Source of the DNA: Octopus vulgaris
Lineage: Eukaryota
Length of the DNA: 64,000 bases
Assembly (NCBI GenBank): GCA_951406725.2
Contig: OX597816.1
Coordinates: forward strand, 98,208,001 to 98,272,000
Direction of reading: 5' to 3'
The notes under the pieces are model-generated. The model did not search any database. It saw only the letters and a program-made list of their open reading frames with translations, and was not told the DNA's origin. Below are positions 41,241 to 55,505 of the stretch, one piece after another; position 1 is the first letter of the stretch, and every line of letters begins with the position of its first letter. Both the position numbers and the translations under genes were made by a program.

Positions 41241-43889
41241 TTGTTCTTCTACAAAAGCAATTGGAAACAGTTTTCCAGTTGCATTTCAATTCGTAAGATT
41301 CAACTATATACTGTAAAATGTGGTTACATAATATTGCATCTTTCCGTCTCTCTTTGCTGTCTTTCAGTCTATCTTTTTCCCTGTATATCTATCGATCAAT
41401 CGACCGATTGATATATATACATACATATCTAATAACGTATATGTAGGAGTAAACACGCTGGTATGACTGAGTTACTCGTGCATGGCCGCTTGTTATAATG
41501 CCAAATGTAATTAAGATTATACTTGTTTGTTTTGATATATTGACCAAATATCACATTTAAATATATCAGCAGTTGTCGTAGTGGAATCGTTAATTTTTCT
41601 TTTACAAGACTCTCAATACCTCTCGCTTATCCTCGTGTGTTTCTCTATTTTTAGTCAGGGTTTCAATTAGCAGCATTCTATTCACATATGACAATTGTTT
41701 ACAAATAATGGGTCTAATTGAATGAGATTCAAGTCCAAATTTCTATTTCCTTTGACTTTGACGGAGAAAATGCGGCTTTTAAGATATTTTCACTCTTGGT
41801 TGTTTTTATCATTTTCCTTGTCTAATTTCCTTCCGCCTTCTTTAAAGAAAATACCGTATCTATAGAATTCATTTTGGTTGAGAATTAGAAAGCGAAAATA
41901 AAAACAAATATATTAATAGACATGAAAAAAACTAATAATTCATTTTAATGATAGAGAAAATCAAACGAAAATAGAATTGAAATAATTAATCTTAAGGTAA
42001 TGTCTCCTTTGTATTCTATTAAATTATGATAATTCTGTGTTTATCCAAAGCAATTCTTCTCACAAGAAACGCAGTATTCGTGATTAGAATTCTCAATAGT
42101 ATAAGTTGTTAGACAGTAAATTAATTAGCAGGTGCACCTCCCTAAGAGTACAGTCGTTATCGTATTACAAATTTCAGACTGAGACGTATTTTGAATAGAT
42201 TATTGCACTATATCTTTTCTTTAAAGTTTGACTGGAACGAATCTTAGTGTTTTTATTTCTTTAATGTTTCTTTTTATTTAGCGTTATCAAATAACGTACC
42301 AGACAATACTACGGTCGACTGCGATACTCTCACGCGCGCGCACACACACACACACTCTCTCTCTCTCTCTCTCTCTCTCTCTTTATCTTTCTCTCTTTCT
42401 CTCTCTTTTTATCTCTTTCTCTCTCTTTTCTCTCTCTTTTCTCTCTCTTTCTCTCTCCCTCTCACTCTCTCAACCTCATTTTTCGGTTATTTTTTGGAAA
42501 TGGCTTCGTTGGGCTGTGAAACGAAAATGAACGTGGTGGATTACAGTCACTGTCCCACAATGTGTTAGAATAAGTGGCATGCAATCAACCTCATAAAAAA
42601 AATCTCAAATGCTATCGCAACCATCTACCTTGAAAAAGAAGACGGAAGGGTCGTTATAGAAATTACAAACGAAAAATTGTCGAAGACGTTACCAGTATTC
42701 ATTGTCATAGACAATTGAGTCAAAGTAGGATCATGGCATTATCAATATTTGCTATCTCCTAAAACGGGAGCTATCGGTGACATTCGGTTATTGTTTATGA
42801 TTGCATTAATCATGATAAGTACAGTTTTAAAGAAATACATATAATTTGTAACGGGGCAGTTAATAATTATATCTTAGATTATAGTTTTCAGTGTCTATAA
42901 TGTTTGAGAGTCTGATTCTTGGGGAACATTTATTAAGCAAGATAACTTATGGGCAACAAAATTGCTCTTGATATGTCATCAATTTATTTTAGTAATATTC
43001 TCAGGATTTATGAGGCACATAAGCTGCTTTGTAGGAAATATAAGCCAGTAGATATCATGCAGTGCCGGATATTAAGTTACGGCCGTTTTCAATTATTTGC
43101 CAACATTTCTAATTTACATCAGTAGTAAATCTGCTTAAGTATTATACATAGATATATGAATTAAAAATAATAATTTAAACGATGTGAAGCGTTTTGGGCG
43201 GGAATCCAATGAAAATGTTTTTTACGGTTAATATTAAAATTGTCTAGAACGGTTAAATGCAGGAATGACTTATGGAAAGTATTTAATAATATTGCTACGT
43301 TCTGAATACATCACTTTAGTGGACACCTTCCCCAGTTATCCGTCTGGTATTCAACTGATTGCATCACATCTATCATAAGAATTTGAAGCTTTTAGACCAT
43401 TTCAAAACTTAAAACAGATTTTAAATTATTTAAAATATTTTGACCAAATTGGTATGAATAAATTACATACTTTGCAGTTAGAATACGATTGCTACAAGTG
43501 AAGTCTACATGCCGGACGAAAATGTATAAGAATCAAACATCGTGACATAGTTTGTCTTAAATTACTCTACGTAGAATTTTCATTACACGCTCTCCTATTA
43601 TATTCCTTGAACTGCGGCTAATCTACCAAGTACAAGAAGTAAAATAGGTTACAAATATTCTGATGAATAATAAAGTGATGAGAAAATATTGATGTATGAG
43701 CTTACAAATGTGCATGAGGTAGTCAAATCGAAACTACATTTTGTTGGTATATCACCCCCGCATTGATAAGATAAATGAATGAATCATTAATTTAGTTTTG
43801 ATTCAATATTCAGCTGTGAAACTCCTCAAAGGTAAATGTTCCGTTGTTATTATTAAACCTATTTTTACTTATACTTTTAATATAGGCAT

Positions 43890-44045
43890 TTAATTCTTCG
43901 CAACATAAATTTCAAAATAATCTCGACCTAATATTTCTATCCTAACACCGTTCAAAGTATTGCTCTTTCGGTTCACATTTAGCTGCTTTGCAATAATTGT
44001 ATAATTGATTCTAAAAACAAAATGACTGGCATGGATAGATTGTAC
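43890..44045 (-). CDS. Candidate terminal coding exon of an unknown host gene
   Basis: Acceptor tttacag; 51 open codons to TAA; phase-compatible with 44590-44737. Confidence 0.4.
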   Translation of the reverse strand, partial: VQSIHASHFVFRINYTIIAKQLNVNRKSNTLNGVRIEILGRDYFEIYVAKN

Positions 44046-44589
44046 CTGTAAACTAATGCAAAATAGATACATTTTGTGGCAGGTTCTAGAAACTGTGTGA
44101 ACGGTTTTCATATATTACAGAAAAGGAACAACCACATGAATTCACATTATGACGTAATAATTTTCTACTAACAACATGCAAATGTATTTGCTATAACTAT
44201 TCAATGAATTCCGTAGGTGCATTTGACATCATGAAATACTAGTGTATATCACTACCAAGACAAAAACCCATAAAGAATTAAAAATAAAATTAGCCAGTAT
44301 TAGAGGCTCTAAGTACCTCGATCGACTTACCAAGAGTAGCAAATAAATCTCTCTGAAATAACATTTTACGAAACTAGAAATCACGCATTTATGGATAGTG
44401 TGGCCCTAGTTCACTGAAACTGGTAAAATAAAAATAAAATTCAAAATAGGAATACTTTGGATTGTAAGTAAGCTTCATTAGCGTCAACCTGGAGTTAAAT
44501 AACGACTGTTTTGCAAATATTGAAAGACTTTAATATTATTAATTTTATAATTCCTTATAAATATCAGATGGAAAATTGCTTATATATAC

Positions 44590-44737
44590 AGTTTCTGCTA
44601 TGATTATTCTCAACAAATGATGAAATCGAAAATGTGTGTTGCACCCGGAATTAGAAATATTATGCGACAGAGATATATTCATTCTTGATATAGGTTGCTT
44701 TCTTGTTGATAGACATCGTCTCCCCAAGACACTTAAT
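44590..44737 (-). CDS. Candidate internal coding exon
   Basis: Strong acceptor ttttttcactgctttgctag, donor gtatat; open frame LSVLGRRC..IIIAET. Confidence 0.4.
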
Positions 44738-45759
44738 CTAGCAAAGCAGTGAAAAAAAAGCTTTAATTTCTGAAGACATATAACATCAAAGTATTAATTA
44801 TCCCATGTGTCGTTCTTATCTTTCCGTAGTACACTGTGAATTAAATTTGAGTTATATTAATATTTTCTCTGATATTTCCATCGTATTTTTATGGAACAGA
44901 TCAGTATCATGTATCTGTCTACATTAATTGTACTAACAACAACATGCAATGCAAATGATAGAGCGACGTTAGAATCAGAGTGTAGATATTGTCTAATTTA
45001 CATTTTAGCGTATTTAAATATCGCAGATGTTTGAGAAAATAAGTATTTATTCCTTGGCACATATTTAATCAATAATTTAGATCGATGATCATGTATATTA
45101 TGAAATTCACATTACATGATTATTATATAATAACGCACTTAAAAGTGACCGAATGAAATACATTTCTATAATTCAATATGATACATCTGATAAGTACGAG
45201 TAGCTGTTAACGATAATTCACAAGTGATCAATAATTCTCTTTGAATAAAACTAAGAATATTTCTAATATAGACATACGTATCTGTGGACACACGCACTCA
45301 CACATACAGAAACATACACATACATACATACATACAAACACGTACATATATGAATAATATATATGCACGTATATATATTTATATGTATGTATATGATATA
45401 CACCTATTGTGTACACGCGTATATATATATTATATATACATACATGCATACATATATGTATATATGTCATTTTACACACACACTTATATATAAATGTACA
45501 TATATATATATATAATACACATACATATATACATATATATATTTATAGATATATACATAGACATTTCGATATATGTGTATCAGTATGTATATACATTTCT
45601 GTGCGTTTATATGATAAATATATCGGGCATAAATCGTTTTAATTCCTTTTACCGTCAATCGAAAGTAATTGAACGAAAAATTTTCTTACACCAATACGTA
45701 TTAATTATACGTCTTAAGCGTATATAATTCTTCGTAAGATTAATATTTCGATTAATTGC

Positions 45760-45813
<54 letters not shown>

Positions 45814-46128
45814 TATGAATACACAAACAGACACACACACACACACACATATATATTTCCTCTCAATATTACCTCATGTTTTGCGAAATTTGTTGGAAAA
45901 GTGCTTATTTCCGCAGGAATTATGTGAGATTGTGCAGAACGGTTTGCGATACAAAGAGTAACATTTAGAGAAGGCTAGGGAGATACAATCATAGCCTCAT
46001 ATTCGCAAACGCTCTGAAATATGAACACGGTTACGGAGGTATATATGTGTGCATGTATATATAGACATACACAAAGTAACCACCATATACATCAATATAT
46101 ATCTATTTATATATACATACATACATAC

Positions 46129-46162
<34 letters not shown>

Positions 46163-46164
46163 GC

Positions 46165-46262
<98 letters not shown>

Positions 46263-46447
46263 GTGTGTGTATTGGGTCGGTATGGAATAATAAATTTCTA
46301 AGATAATTGATGAATATTAATGGAGATTTGTGCAATAGTTTCGAATCTTCTCGAGAGGTAGTTTACATAAGGGATTTGAGCAGATGATTAATACGTGCGT
46401 ATTACGAAGTAAAATAGCATTATGTACGTATGTATCTGCATATATAC

Positions 46448-46527
<80 letters not shown>

Positions 46528-46675
46528 TAAATAGACAAATGAGTTATCTTATTACGGATAAATCGAAAGATAACCGATACCTGGGTAGCAAACTCATAAC
46601 AGAAAAAGCACGGTTGAAGTTACGACCATAGGGCATAAACGCCGTGCCTTAGTGCGGAAATTTGAAGTTTAATTT

Positions 46676-46825
46676 AATATATCAAGTATTGGAAAGAATG
46701 GAGCTAAACGAATATTTAACAAAATTCCTTTATTTTATTTTCGACATAAAGTCTTCGAAACATATGTCGAAAATAAAATACAGGAATTTTGTTAAATCTT
46801 CGTTCAGCTCCATTCTTTCCTATAC

Positions 46826-46832
<7 letters not shown>
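46676..46832. repeat. Fold-back unit (~70-bp arms) centred on an HHR cleavage-site motif
   Basis: 46676-46748 vs 46762-46832; centre GAAA-CATATG-TC (46757-46768); right end runs into (TA)n. Confidence 0.8.
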
Positions 46833-46897
<65 letters not shown>

Positions 46898-47009
46898 AGT
46901 AGTTGAATGAATTATCTTATTAAGGATAATTCGAATTAACCGATACCTGGGTAGCATATTCACATCAGAAAAAACAGGAATTTTGTTAATTCGTCGTTCA
47001 GGTCCATTC

Positions 47010-47145
<136 letters not shown>

Positions 47146-47233
47146 AATTGAGGGTAAAATTAATTAATTAATCAATATCACAAAGTGTTCAGTATGTAAA
47201 AGGACCATTTAAGGCGAATTCAAAATATTACAT

Positions 47234-47753
47234 TATATAATTAGGGCTTAGTAAAATAAATTACTTTGCCATATACTGAACTTAGTAGAAATAGCAGCCA
47301 AAAAAAATTTTCTTAGCATTTCTACTACTTAAAGAAAATTTCTCTTAGATAATGTTTACTCCAGACAGCTCACGAAGGTTTGGGGGTAAATACAGAAAAA
47401 TATCACAAGTACATAGATCGTTTGAGTACGTCAACGTTTCAAGATTAGCCAAATAAAATCAGCATTTCTTTCGTCAGGTCAAAATTTCTTAATTTGGATT
47501 TGGAAACACTAAAAAGAAGGAACTTTACCTATCAGCAAACTTGTCGCTTCAGATGAACCACTCCAACTAACAGTGTCAACAAATTTGTGATATTTTTCTG
47601 TATTTACCCCCAAACCTTCGTGAGCTGTCTGGAGTAAACATTATCTGAGAGAAATTTTCTTTAAGTAGTAGAAATGGTAAGAAAAAATTTTTTGGCTGCT
47701 ATTTCTACTAAGTTCAGTATGTGGCAAAGTAATTTATTTTACTAAGCCCTAAT

Positions 47754-47760
<7 letters not shown>
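47234..47760. repeat. Fold-back unit (~175-bp near-identical arms) with an HHR in the spacer
   Basis: 47234-47408 is the reverse complement of 47585-47760; embedded between (TA)n tracts. Confidence 0.9.
47422..47482 (-). ncRNA. Type I hammerhead ribozyme motif
   Basis: UUGAC-CUGACGA-AAGA..UCUU-GAA-ACGU(UG)ACGU-A-CUCAA; one stem I mismatch. Confidence 0.65.
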
Positions 47761-47815
<55 letters not shown>

Positions 47816-48038
47816 GAGAGAGATAGAGGGACATATATATAAGGAGAATTCACAAAAAAAAATACAAAAGACGAAGACAGGTGTTGTAGACAACAAACAA
47901 ACAGGTGTATTAGTTTAATGTTCGGGAGGTGAAAAGGTATTTAACGTTTCGAGCCTAAGCTCTTCCATAGAATGGAACACCGAAAGAAACAAAGAGAGAA
48001 AATAAAGAATGTATAGTGGCTACCGATCTTGACATATA

Positions 48039-48091
<53 letters not shown>

Positions 48092-48674
48092 AAGAGAGAG
48101 AGAGAGAGAGAGAGGAGAGGGACATATATATAAGGAGAATTCACAATATAAAGAATGTATCGTGGCAAGTGATCTTGACATATATACACATGTGTGTGTG
48201 TATACATATATATTTATACACTTATATATATATCCATATGTGTGTCTCTGTATCTATCTATCTATAAATATATAAATTAAATTAGAGATAAAACCACTAT
48301 TAGGCAAATGAAACAGTCAAAAACATAAACTAAAACATAAAAATAAATATAATTAATATACAAAAATATGAAATATAAAATTTGAAATTAAATTATTTAA
48401 ATTTAAAATTTTTAATTTATATTTATAATTTTTAATTTATATTTATAATTTTTTATATATTTTTTAATATTTTTTTAAATTCTAAATTTATGAATTTTTA
48501 AACTTTTAATATTAATATTTATTAATTTTTTTTATATAACTATCAAAAGGTATTAAAAAGTTTAATATAATATAATAAGTAATAAGTAATTGTGGTTTTA
48601 TCTTTTATTTAAGTTATATTTATACAGTGAAATTTGATTTAATCCTAAATCTAATTTTTCCCTGTAAGTTTGGA

Positions 48675-48900
48675 TTGCTCGTGAAATTAAACTGCATGTG
48701 GCTGAGCACCAGACACACGTACCATTAACATAGTTCTGAGGGAGATTCAGCGTGACAGAAATTGTGACAAGTCCTGCCCTTTGAAATACAAGTACTACTC
48801 ATTTTTTGCCTACTGAGTAGACTGGAAATAAAGTGTTTGGCTCGAGGACTCAACGCGTTGCCGGGAATTTAACCCCAAACCTTACGATCCTGAGTTAAGT
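48675..48900 (-). mobile_element. SINE family D-like copy
   Basis: TGCTCGTGAAATTAAAC..GGCTGAGCAC..GATTCAGCGTGACAG. Confidence 0.7.
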
Positions 48901-49292
48901 CTATAAAAGACAATACTAGTATTATTCAAGCTGGTAATATTTCAATTTGAAATTCTACGAAATACTATACAATTGCAAATATACCCATATAAAATTTTTC
49001 ACAATTTACCTGTTACACCCTGGATGTATAGATGTGTGTATACGTATATATTTATTAATTTTTGCGCGTGTCTCTGTTTATCGCTCCCTCTCACCGTTCT
49101 CTGTCTGTCTGTACAAATATGTATGTGTGTACGTGTGAAGAAGAGTTGTCTTGATGCTTGTAATTAGGCGTCGTGTTAATGAGATTTTTGTAAATAACGG
49201 TGCGTGTGTCAGCTAAGCAAGCACTCCGTTGAACTCAGCTATAACATATAGAAAGGTCTATTGCAATATACATACATATATGCATACATACA

Positions 49293-49324
<32 letters not shown>

Positions 49325-49348
49325 AATATATATATATAAACATATATA

Positions 49349-49447
<99 letters not shown>

Positions 49448-49449
49448 TA

Positions 49450-49610
49450 TAGTTCTGTATTTAAGAGATATGGAATTATATACATTATTTACATTATTTA
49501 CATTCGACGGATACTTGTTCTCATCTTGTTTGTTGTTAACACAACGTTTCTGCTGACATACCGTCCAGCCTTCTTCAGGTGTCTTGGGGGAAATTTCAAA
49601 CCTCGGTTCA
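49450..49610 (-). mobile_element. Second copy of the HHR-bearing element, head missing
   Basis: Collinear with 30716-30868; HHR 49538-49583; ends in (TA)n. Confidence 0.75.
49538..49583 (-). ncRNA. Minimal type I hammerhead ribozyme motif (best-preserved copy)
   Basis: GACAC-CUGAAGA-A-GGCUG..CAGCA-GAAA-CG-UU-GUGUU; stem I GACAC/GUGUU. Confidence 0.75.
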
Positions 49611-49636
49611 CACACGCACCATTATTTACAAAAAAT

Positions 49637-49731
<95 letters not shown>

Positions 49732-49736
49732 GCATA

Positions 49737-50557
49737 TAGGGTGCGTTTAAAAACTGTTGTCTAAATTATGCAAAATTAAAATAACACTGACATCTCATTT
49801 TAATACACGTACTTACCAAACTTACATAAAAAAATCTCTTGAAATACTAAAGTGTTAATTTATTCAATCAAGTCGCTATAGGCCAAAATCACGGCCTGCA
49901 GACGACTTCGGAATTTCCTGCAATTCTTCTGGACTGTCTCCTTGCTTAAGCTGGTCGATGGTGCCATAATCCTCAGCTTCAGTCATCTTTGGTTTTAGAA
50001 TGTGTTTTGTTGGTGTCTCGCTCAACATAATAATCCAGGTGTTTTCAGTCAGGTGAGTAAGGTGGCCACATGTTAGTGGTGATGTATTCTCAGAAATTGT
50101 TTCACAGTCATGACTGGGTTCTCCAGCTTGTGTGGCATAGTGAAGAGTCCTATTGCAACACATGGGGTCTTCCAGCAGCTACCCTCATGACCCAGGGTAG
50201 CACTACGTCCTCCAGGCAATTAATGTAATCCTCCTCCAGGCAATTACTCTGAGGCCGTGTGCGAAGATGAATGGAGGCATAACGTCTCCATCACTAGTGA
50301 TCACTCGAAACACCGTAATGTTGACTGGATATTTGATTTTTATTTGTCTCGGTACATGTCCTGAGATTGCACTGTCCTCAGATTGAGACCTCAATTCTCT
50401 GGCAGAGTGAATTACGTCTTGGTGGTGTTTTCCCCACAGATGGTGCCAGACTGGCCCTACTATACTGTGTAGTCGACAAAATAAAAAGAACAAGCAATGT
50501 GCATGCTCGAAATAAAAAATAGCAAAGTGCGACAACTTACCCATCGCACCCCGCATA
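49737..50557 (-). mobile_element. Internally deleted DD37D (maT-like) Tc1/mariner element
   Basis: KYPVNITVFRVITSDGDVMPPFIF; QQDSSLCHTS..MWPPYSPD*KHLDYY; imperfect TIRs GGGTGCG..CGCACCC. Confidence 0.75.
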
Positions 50558-50564
50558 TCTGTGT

Positions 50565-50850
50565 CCCAGTTAATCCGACAAACGGAACAGTCTTCTCACG
50601 AAGTTAATCCATTAGTAGCTGAGCATGGCAGAAAGCGGCATGTCCTTAACGTGGTTCTGAAGATTCAGCGTGACACAGATTGTAATAAGGCTGGCCTTTT
50701 GAATTACAGGAGCATCTCATTTTTGCCAGTCGAGGTCAATGGAGAAGCGTAACATATAGCGTGATGCTCAGAGACATATCACGCCGCCAGGAATCGAAAT
50801 CATGACCTTACGATCGTAAGCCGAATTCCCTAACCCCTAAGCAACAAACC
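50565..50850 (-). mobile_element. SINE family D-like copy
   Basis: AACGGAACAG..GATTCAGCGTGACACAG..CCAGGAATCGAA (B box on minus strand). Confidence 0.7.
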
Positions 50851-52975
50851 TTCATATATGCATATTTGTATGCCTGTGTGCGCTCGTTCGCATGCGCGTT
50901 TGTAAGTGCTTGTGTGTGTATAAAGATTACTATAAGGCTTTCAATACTGTTCCTGTTCATCATTCGCCCGGATTACGATGTCACAATGTAGAGAAATGCT
51001 ATATAAAGCGTTCACAAGTAAAATTGGAGACTAAAATATATACTTGCATGTAAAGTATTCCAAAGCTTCCTCTACATTGATCTTCTGAGTGCGACTAGGA
51101 ATTTTAACAGACATGCAAAACTAGATACGAATGTCAGATGACATTCAATCGCTATACATATGGACGATCAAAAATACCTCTTTTAGTTGAGAAAGACCTG
51201 AAAATCCTAGGTCGGTATTGCCTAAATATTGTTTGTGGAGTTCAATATAATAAACTTCATATCAACTGATGTAAATGAATTAAACAAACTGCCCGTTAAA
51301 AGTACTTATGAATGAGGAAACGAGATAATGTACAATGATAGAAATAATAAATGAAAATACGCTTTAGTAGGTAATAACGTAGACATTTTATTTAGCTCAA
51401 ACAAAACAAAAAAAGTAACTCCCCGAGCTGTTCTTATAAGCTGCCGTTATTTAATATTCTTAGTTGAAAGTTAATTAAATTACCAAGTCTATGCATGAAA
51501 AAACTAATAACAACGGCTACATTTAGATTATTTAACTGAAATGCTGGCAAAGAAATATATCATCTACCACGAGTGTGGAAATGAACGAGTTTCCTGCTGA
51601 AAAATATACGAGTGCCTACATTGAGACTACACAAATGCAGAGTAATGACTAAATAAAGGGATTGTGAAGTAAATATGCAAGAAAGAGGAGCAAACGACTG
51701 GAATATCAACAAAAAAAATGTGGCCAAGATAGAGAAACAAGAGGAAATTATATATTTTAAAAAGTGGAAATTCTATAGCACGAAGACGTTGTAATGACGT
51801 CACACTACATATTCAATAACTGACAAAAGTCACCGGGCACAGTTAGAGTGGAATAAGAGTATTTGAGTGTTAGCAAAGATCACAGGAATAAAAACCGAGA
51901 AAGATAGTGTTTTGTATTCAGTTTTGACCAAACGGGTTATATAGTCAAGTATAATATAATTTAAGGTTATATACAGTAGAAAGAATGCGGACTCACTAAA
52001 TCATGAAGACGGAATCATACTCATATAGAAGGAATACTTGAATATCAACGACACGCTTAAAACTATCACTCACAACTTACTGAAACTGCAGAATTACAGA
52101 ACTAGAAAACGCAATGCCTGCAGAAAATTTCAAAAAGTATAAAAGCCACCATATCCATGAGTTGAAGACAAAACATAAAATAAACAGCATCAAGAATTAT
52201 TCTCGAAAATGACCGCCGGGAGAAACCTTTTAGTAATTGTTTGTGCTGCTACATAAATATCACTCAAGTAATAACTTATCTTAGAAACGAAGTCATATTC
52301 AGGAATGCAATCATGATATACTGCTTGTTTTGTATGCATAAAGGAGTGGATAATTAATCCTAAAAAGCCTTAGGTCATAGCACTGGCCAATCAGGGTAAT
52401 AACAATAACATGCAAATAAAATCAAATAACGATAAATATATGACCCATAATATAGGTTTGAGACATTTTGGTTTTTACACATACATTCAACAATATTTCA
52501 CACATACATTCATCAATATTTCACACATACAAACGGCAAACAATCAGAAAAAACGTGTACACGTATTATGTACGAGTAGGCTCATGAACACACGAGTGTA
52601 ACTAATCTGAGGATGAATGTGAAAGTAGAGTAGAGTAAAATGTGCCCGTAGGAGATATTTTAGTTTATGCTGAATCCTGGTAAGTTAAGGGAAACTAGCG
52701 ATTACTCATGTTACAAGAAAGCACTAAGAAATCGTTTTTGAATCACATACTATTATCTTAATAAATATACGATACATTGCGTAAAGCAACAGATTTTAAA
52801 CTACCACTGAAAATAAGATGGGATTTACAAAGCTAAAACTCAATAGCATTACTTAGCAACAGAACTCCTGGTGTTAAAAACAGGTGTGAAATATTTATTT
52901 CCATTTTGAAATAAGTTTAGATCTTATCCAATACTACATCATAGAATACTAAAAGAATAAAACAGCTAATTTAAA

Positions 52976-53020
52976 TTATTTATCTTTAAGACGACAGGCG
53001 TTTATATCAAATTTTTGTAA
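52976..53020 (-). CDS. Candidate terminal exon LQKFDINACRLKDK*
   Basis: Acceptor attttacag; phase 0; compatible with 57022-57090. Confidence 0.25.
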   Translation of the reverse strand, partial: LQKFDINACRLKDK

Positions 53021-53452
53021 CTGTAAAATTTTAGAAGTGCTATCCCCAAAAAAAAAAAAAAAAAATGAGTCACTTCTCGCTGCGGAAGAATTGATTAGAA
53101 TATAATCCAAATGGAGCAGAAGGCCATTCATGAGTGTACATGTAACAAAAGCAAAACAGCAATTGATTCTCTTCATTTATTCATGATGTAACAAAAGATG
53201 AATGAAAATAGAGCGTGTATTGTTGCTGTTATTCTTTACTTGTAAGTCTTTATTAATTTGTTTGCTTTTTTATTATTTCTTTTTTTTTTTTGCAATGCTG
53301 TATCGAAGCACACATTCTGAGCGACTGAAATTTAAGCAGTACTTTAATCTGATTAGCGAATTAAATCCAACAAATTTTTTATCTCTTGGCTCTAGTGACA
53401 TTATCATACACGCTTATGTGTACAAACACATATTACGCACGTATACACTAAT

Positions 53453-53520
<68 letters not shown>

Positions 53521-54023
53521 ACAGATACGCAAACGCGTATATATATGAATATGTAAGTGTATGGCGAATAATTGTATAATTAAATATCACGAGGAACAAT
53601 GTAGCGTAATCAACTCAAAATGACTAGGCTACCGAAGGCAACTGAAAGTGTGCAACGTATCTGTACATCCAACTGCTTCACGGAAGAAAGCAAATACCAG
53701 TCAGTTGCAGATGGGAAACTTTTATTCTAAAAATATGTATTTTTAAACATGAGCACGCACACACCCACACATATCTAAATGTAATTCTTTATTTGGAATT
53801 GGGACTCCTATTTAGCTTTTCACAAGATCGAAGGATCACTGTGAGCCCTGTAGACATGACGAATGTCCTTGTATTGTACCAAAGAAATCCTTTGAATTTC
53901 TGAATTCATTCCGAAAGTATATTCTTACTTGCGAGAACTGTATATTGTTGGCAGCTCTCTCTCTCGCTCTCGTTCTCTCACTCTCATTCTCTCTCTGTCT
54001 CTCTCTCTCTCTCTCTCTATCGC

Positions 54024-54145
<122 letters not shown>

Positions 54146-54149
54146 CATT

Positions 54150-55400
54150 AGGATTAAATAAAAAAAACAACAAACGGAAAATAGGTCAAGCCTTTATATA
54201 TAATTCAAAGAACGTGTAGTAAATAAACAAACGAACATATACTAAATACACATTGCGAACAGAAAACAGAGGGGGTCACCAATTCTTTCATCAGTTATCA
54301 GTCAAAGAGTTAAATGCATTTTCAGGCATTCTCGATAATATTGAATATATTCTGGAGGCCCCGACAAGAAATTTGCCGGGAATGAGACCAAAACATAACA
54401 AAACGAGAAGGGCTCGACACGAGGCCGTTAGTGGATGGACGAGGGACAAAGCAATAAACAGAATAAAGGCTTAGGGACACACGAAGACAACAATTAACAA
54501 TGATAATACGTATACAACAAAAAGCCTTGGGACTGCAAGTCAAAATTGCTTCCGTGAAGGAGAAATGAAAACTGTCCTAAATAACTGTAGACACTAAAGG
54601 AGTACAGCTCGGAGCTCGGAAATTCGTGTCGAGTGTGGTGGAAGACACCACAAAAGAGAATGACACCGCCTTAGGACGTTAACGGTCATGTGATAGTGCG
54701 AAGAGAGGAACAGAGAAAGAAAAGAGGAGAGGAAGAGAGGGAGAGAGAGAGAGAGAGAGAGAAAGAAAGAAAGAGAAAGAAAATTAAGCGAAGCAAAGTG
54801 AAGGAAAGATTCAGAGTGGTACAAAGGTATTCTCAGGATATTTCTACAATTGGTTAACAAATTAACGAGTGCGTGCGTTACATAAATAATATTTTCATGA
54901 TTAAGTAAAAACACAAAGAAACGGAAAATATGACATGCCTATATACATAATGAAAAAAGCAAAACACGTGTAGTAAATAAACAAACGAACACATGCTAAG
55001 TAGACAGGCGAACAGAAAAACAGGAGGTCACAAATTCTTCACCACTTGTCGGCCAGAGGGCCAAACGCAATTTCAGCCATTATCGATAATATTACTTCCA
55101 CTCTGGAAGAAACTTGCCGGGAATGGGACCAAAACATAGCAAAACGAGACGGGATCAAGACGGACGAGGAACAAAATGATAACCAGAATAAAGGCTTAGA
55201 ACCACTGGAAGACAACAATTAATAATGATCGCGTTGCCTTCGACCACACTGGTGACGACTTTCTGAGCTACTCGCTCTACCCCACCATCGTGTCTGTATT
55301 ACTTTAGGATAGTTTTCATTTCTCCTTCGAGTTACACACAATTGTCTTGCCTTACACCCTCACGGCCTTTTTGTTGTATATGTATTCTCATTCTTAAGCT
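54150..55400. repeat. Direct and inverted duplicated segments, probably PLE ends
   Basis: 54212-54505 resembles 54966-55228 (direct); 55300-55393 is the reverse complement of 54499-54582. Confidence 0.65.
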
Positions 55401-55505
55401 TCTTAAAGCTGTATCAGCGTGCATATATATTTATATGTTAAATAAAATGGGACAACAAAGCCAAGGCTGTGTGGAATTTTCAGGATATTTATAAAGACAA
55501 AGATC

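Noticed and set aside
51500-52240. Decayed LINE-like purine-rich stretch
   Set aside because: Too degenerate to assign by eye
53929-53937. 9-nt microexon on the minus strand
   Set aside because: No polypyrimidine tract; adjacent to a microsatellite
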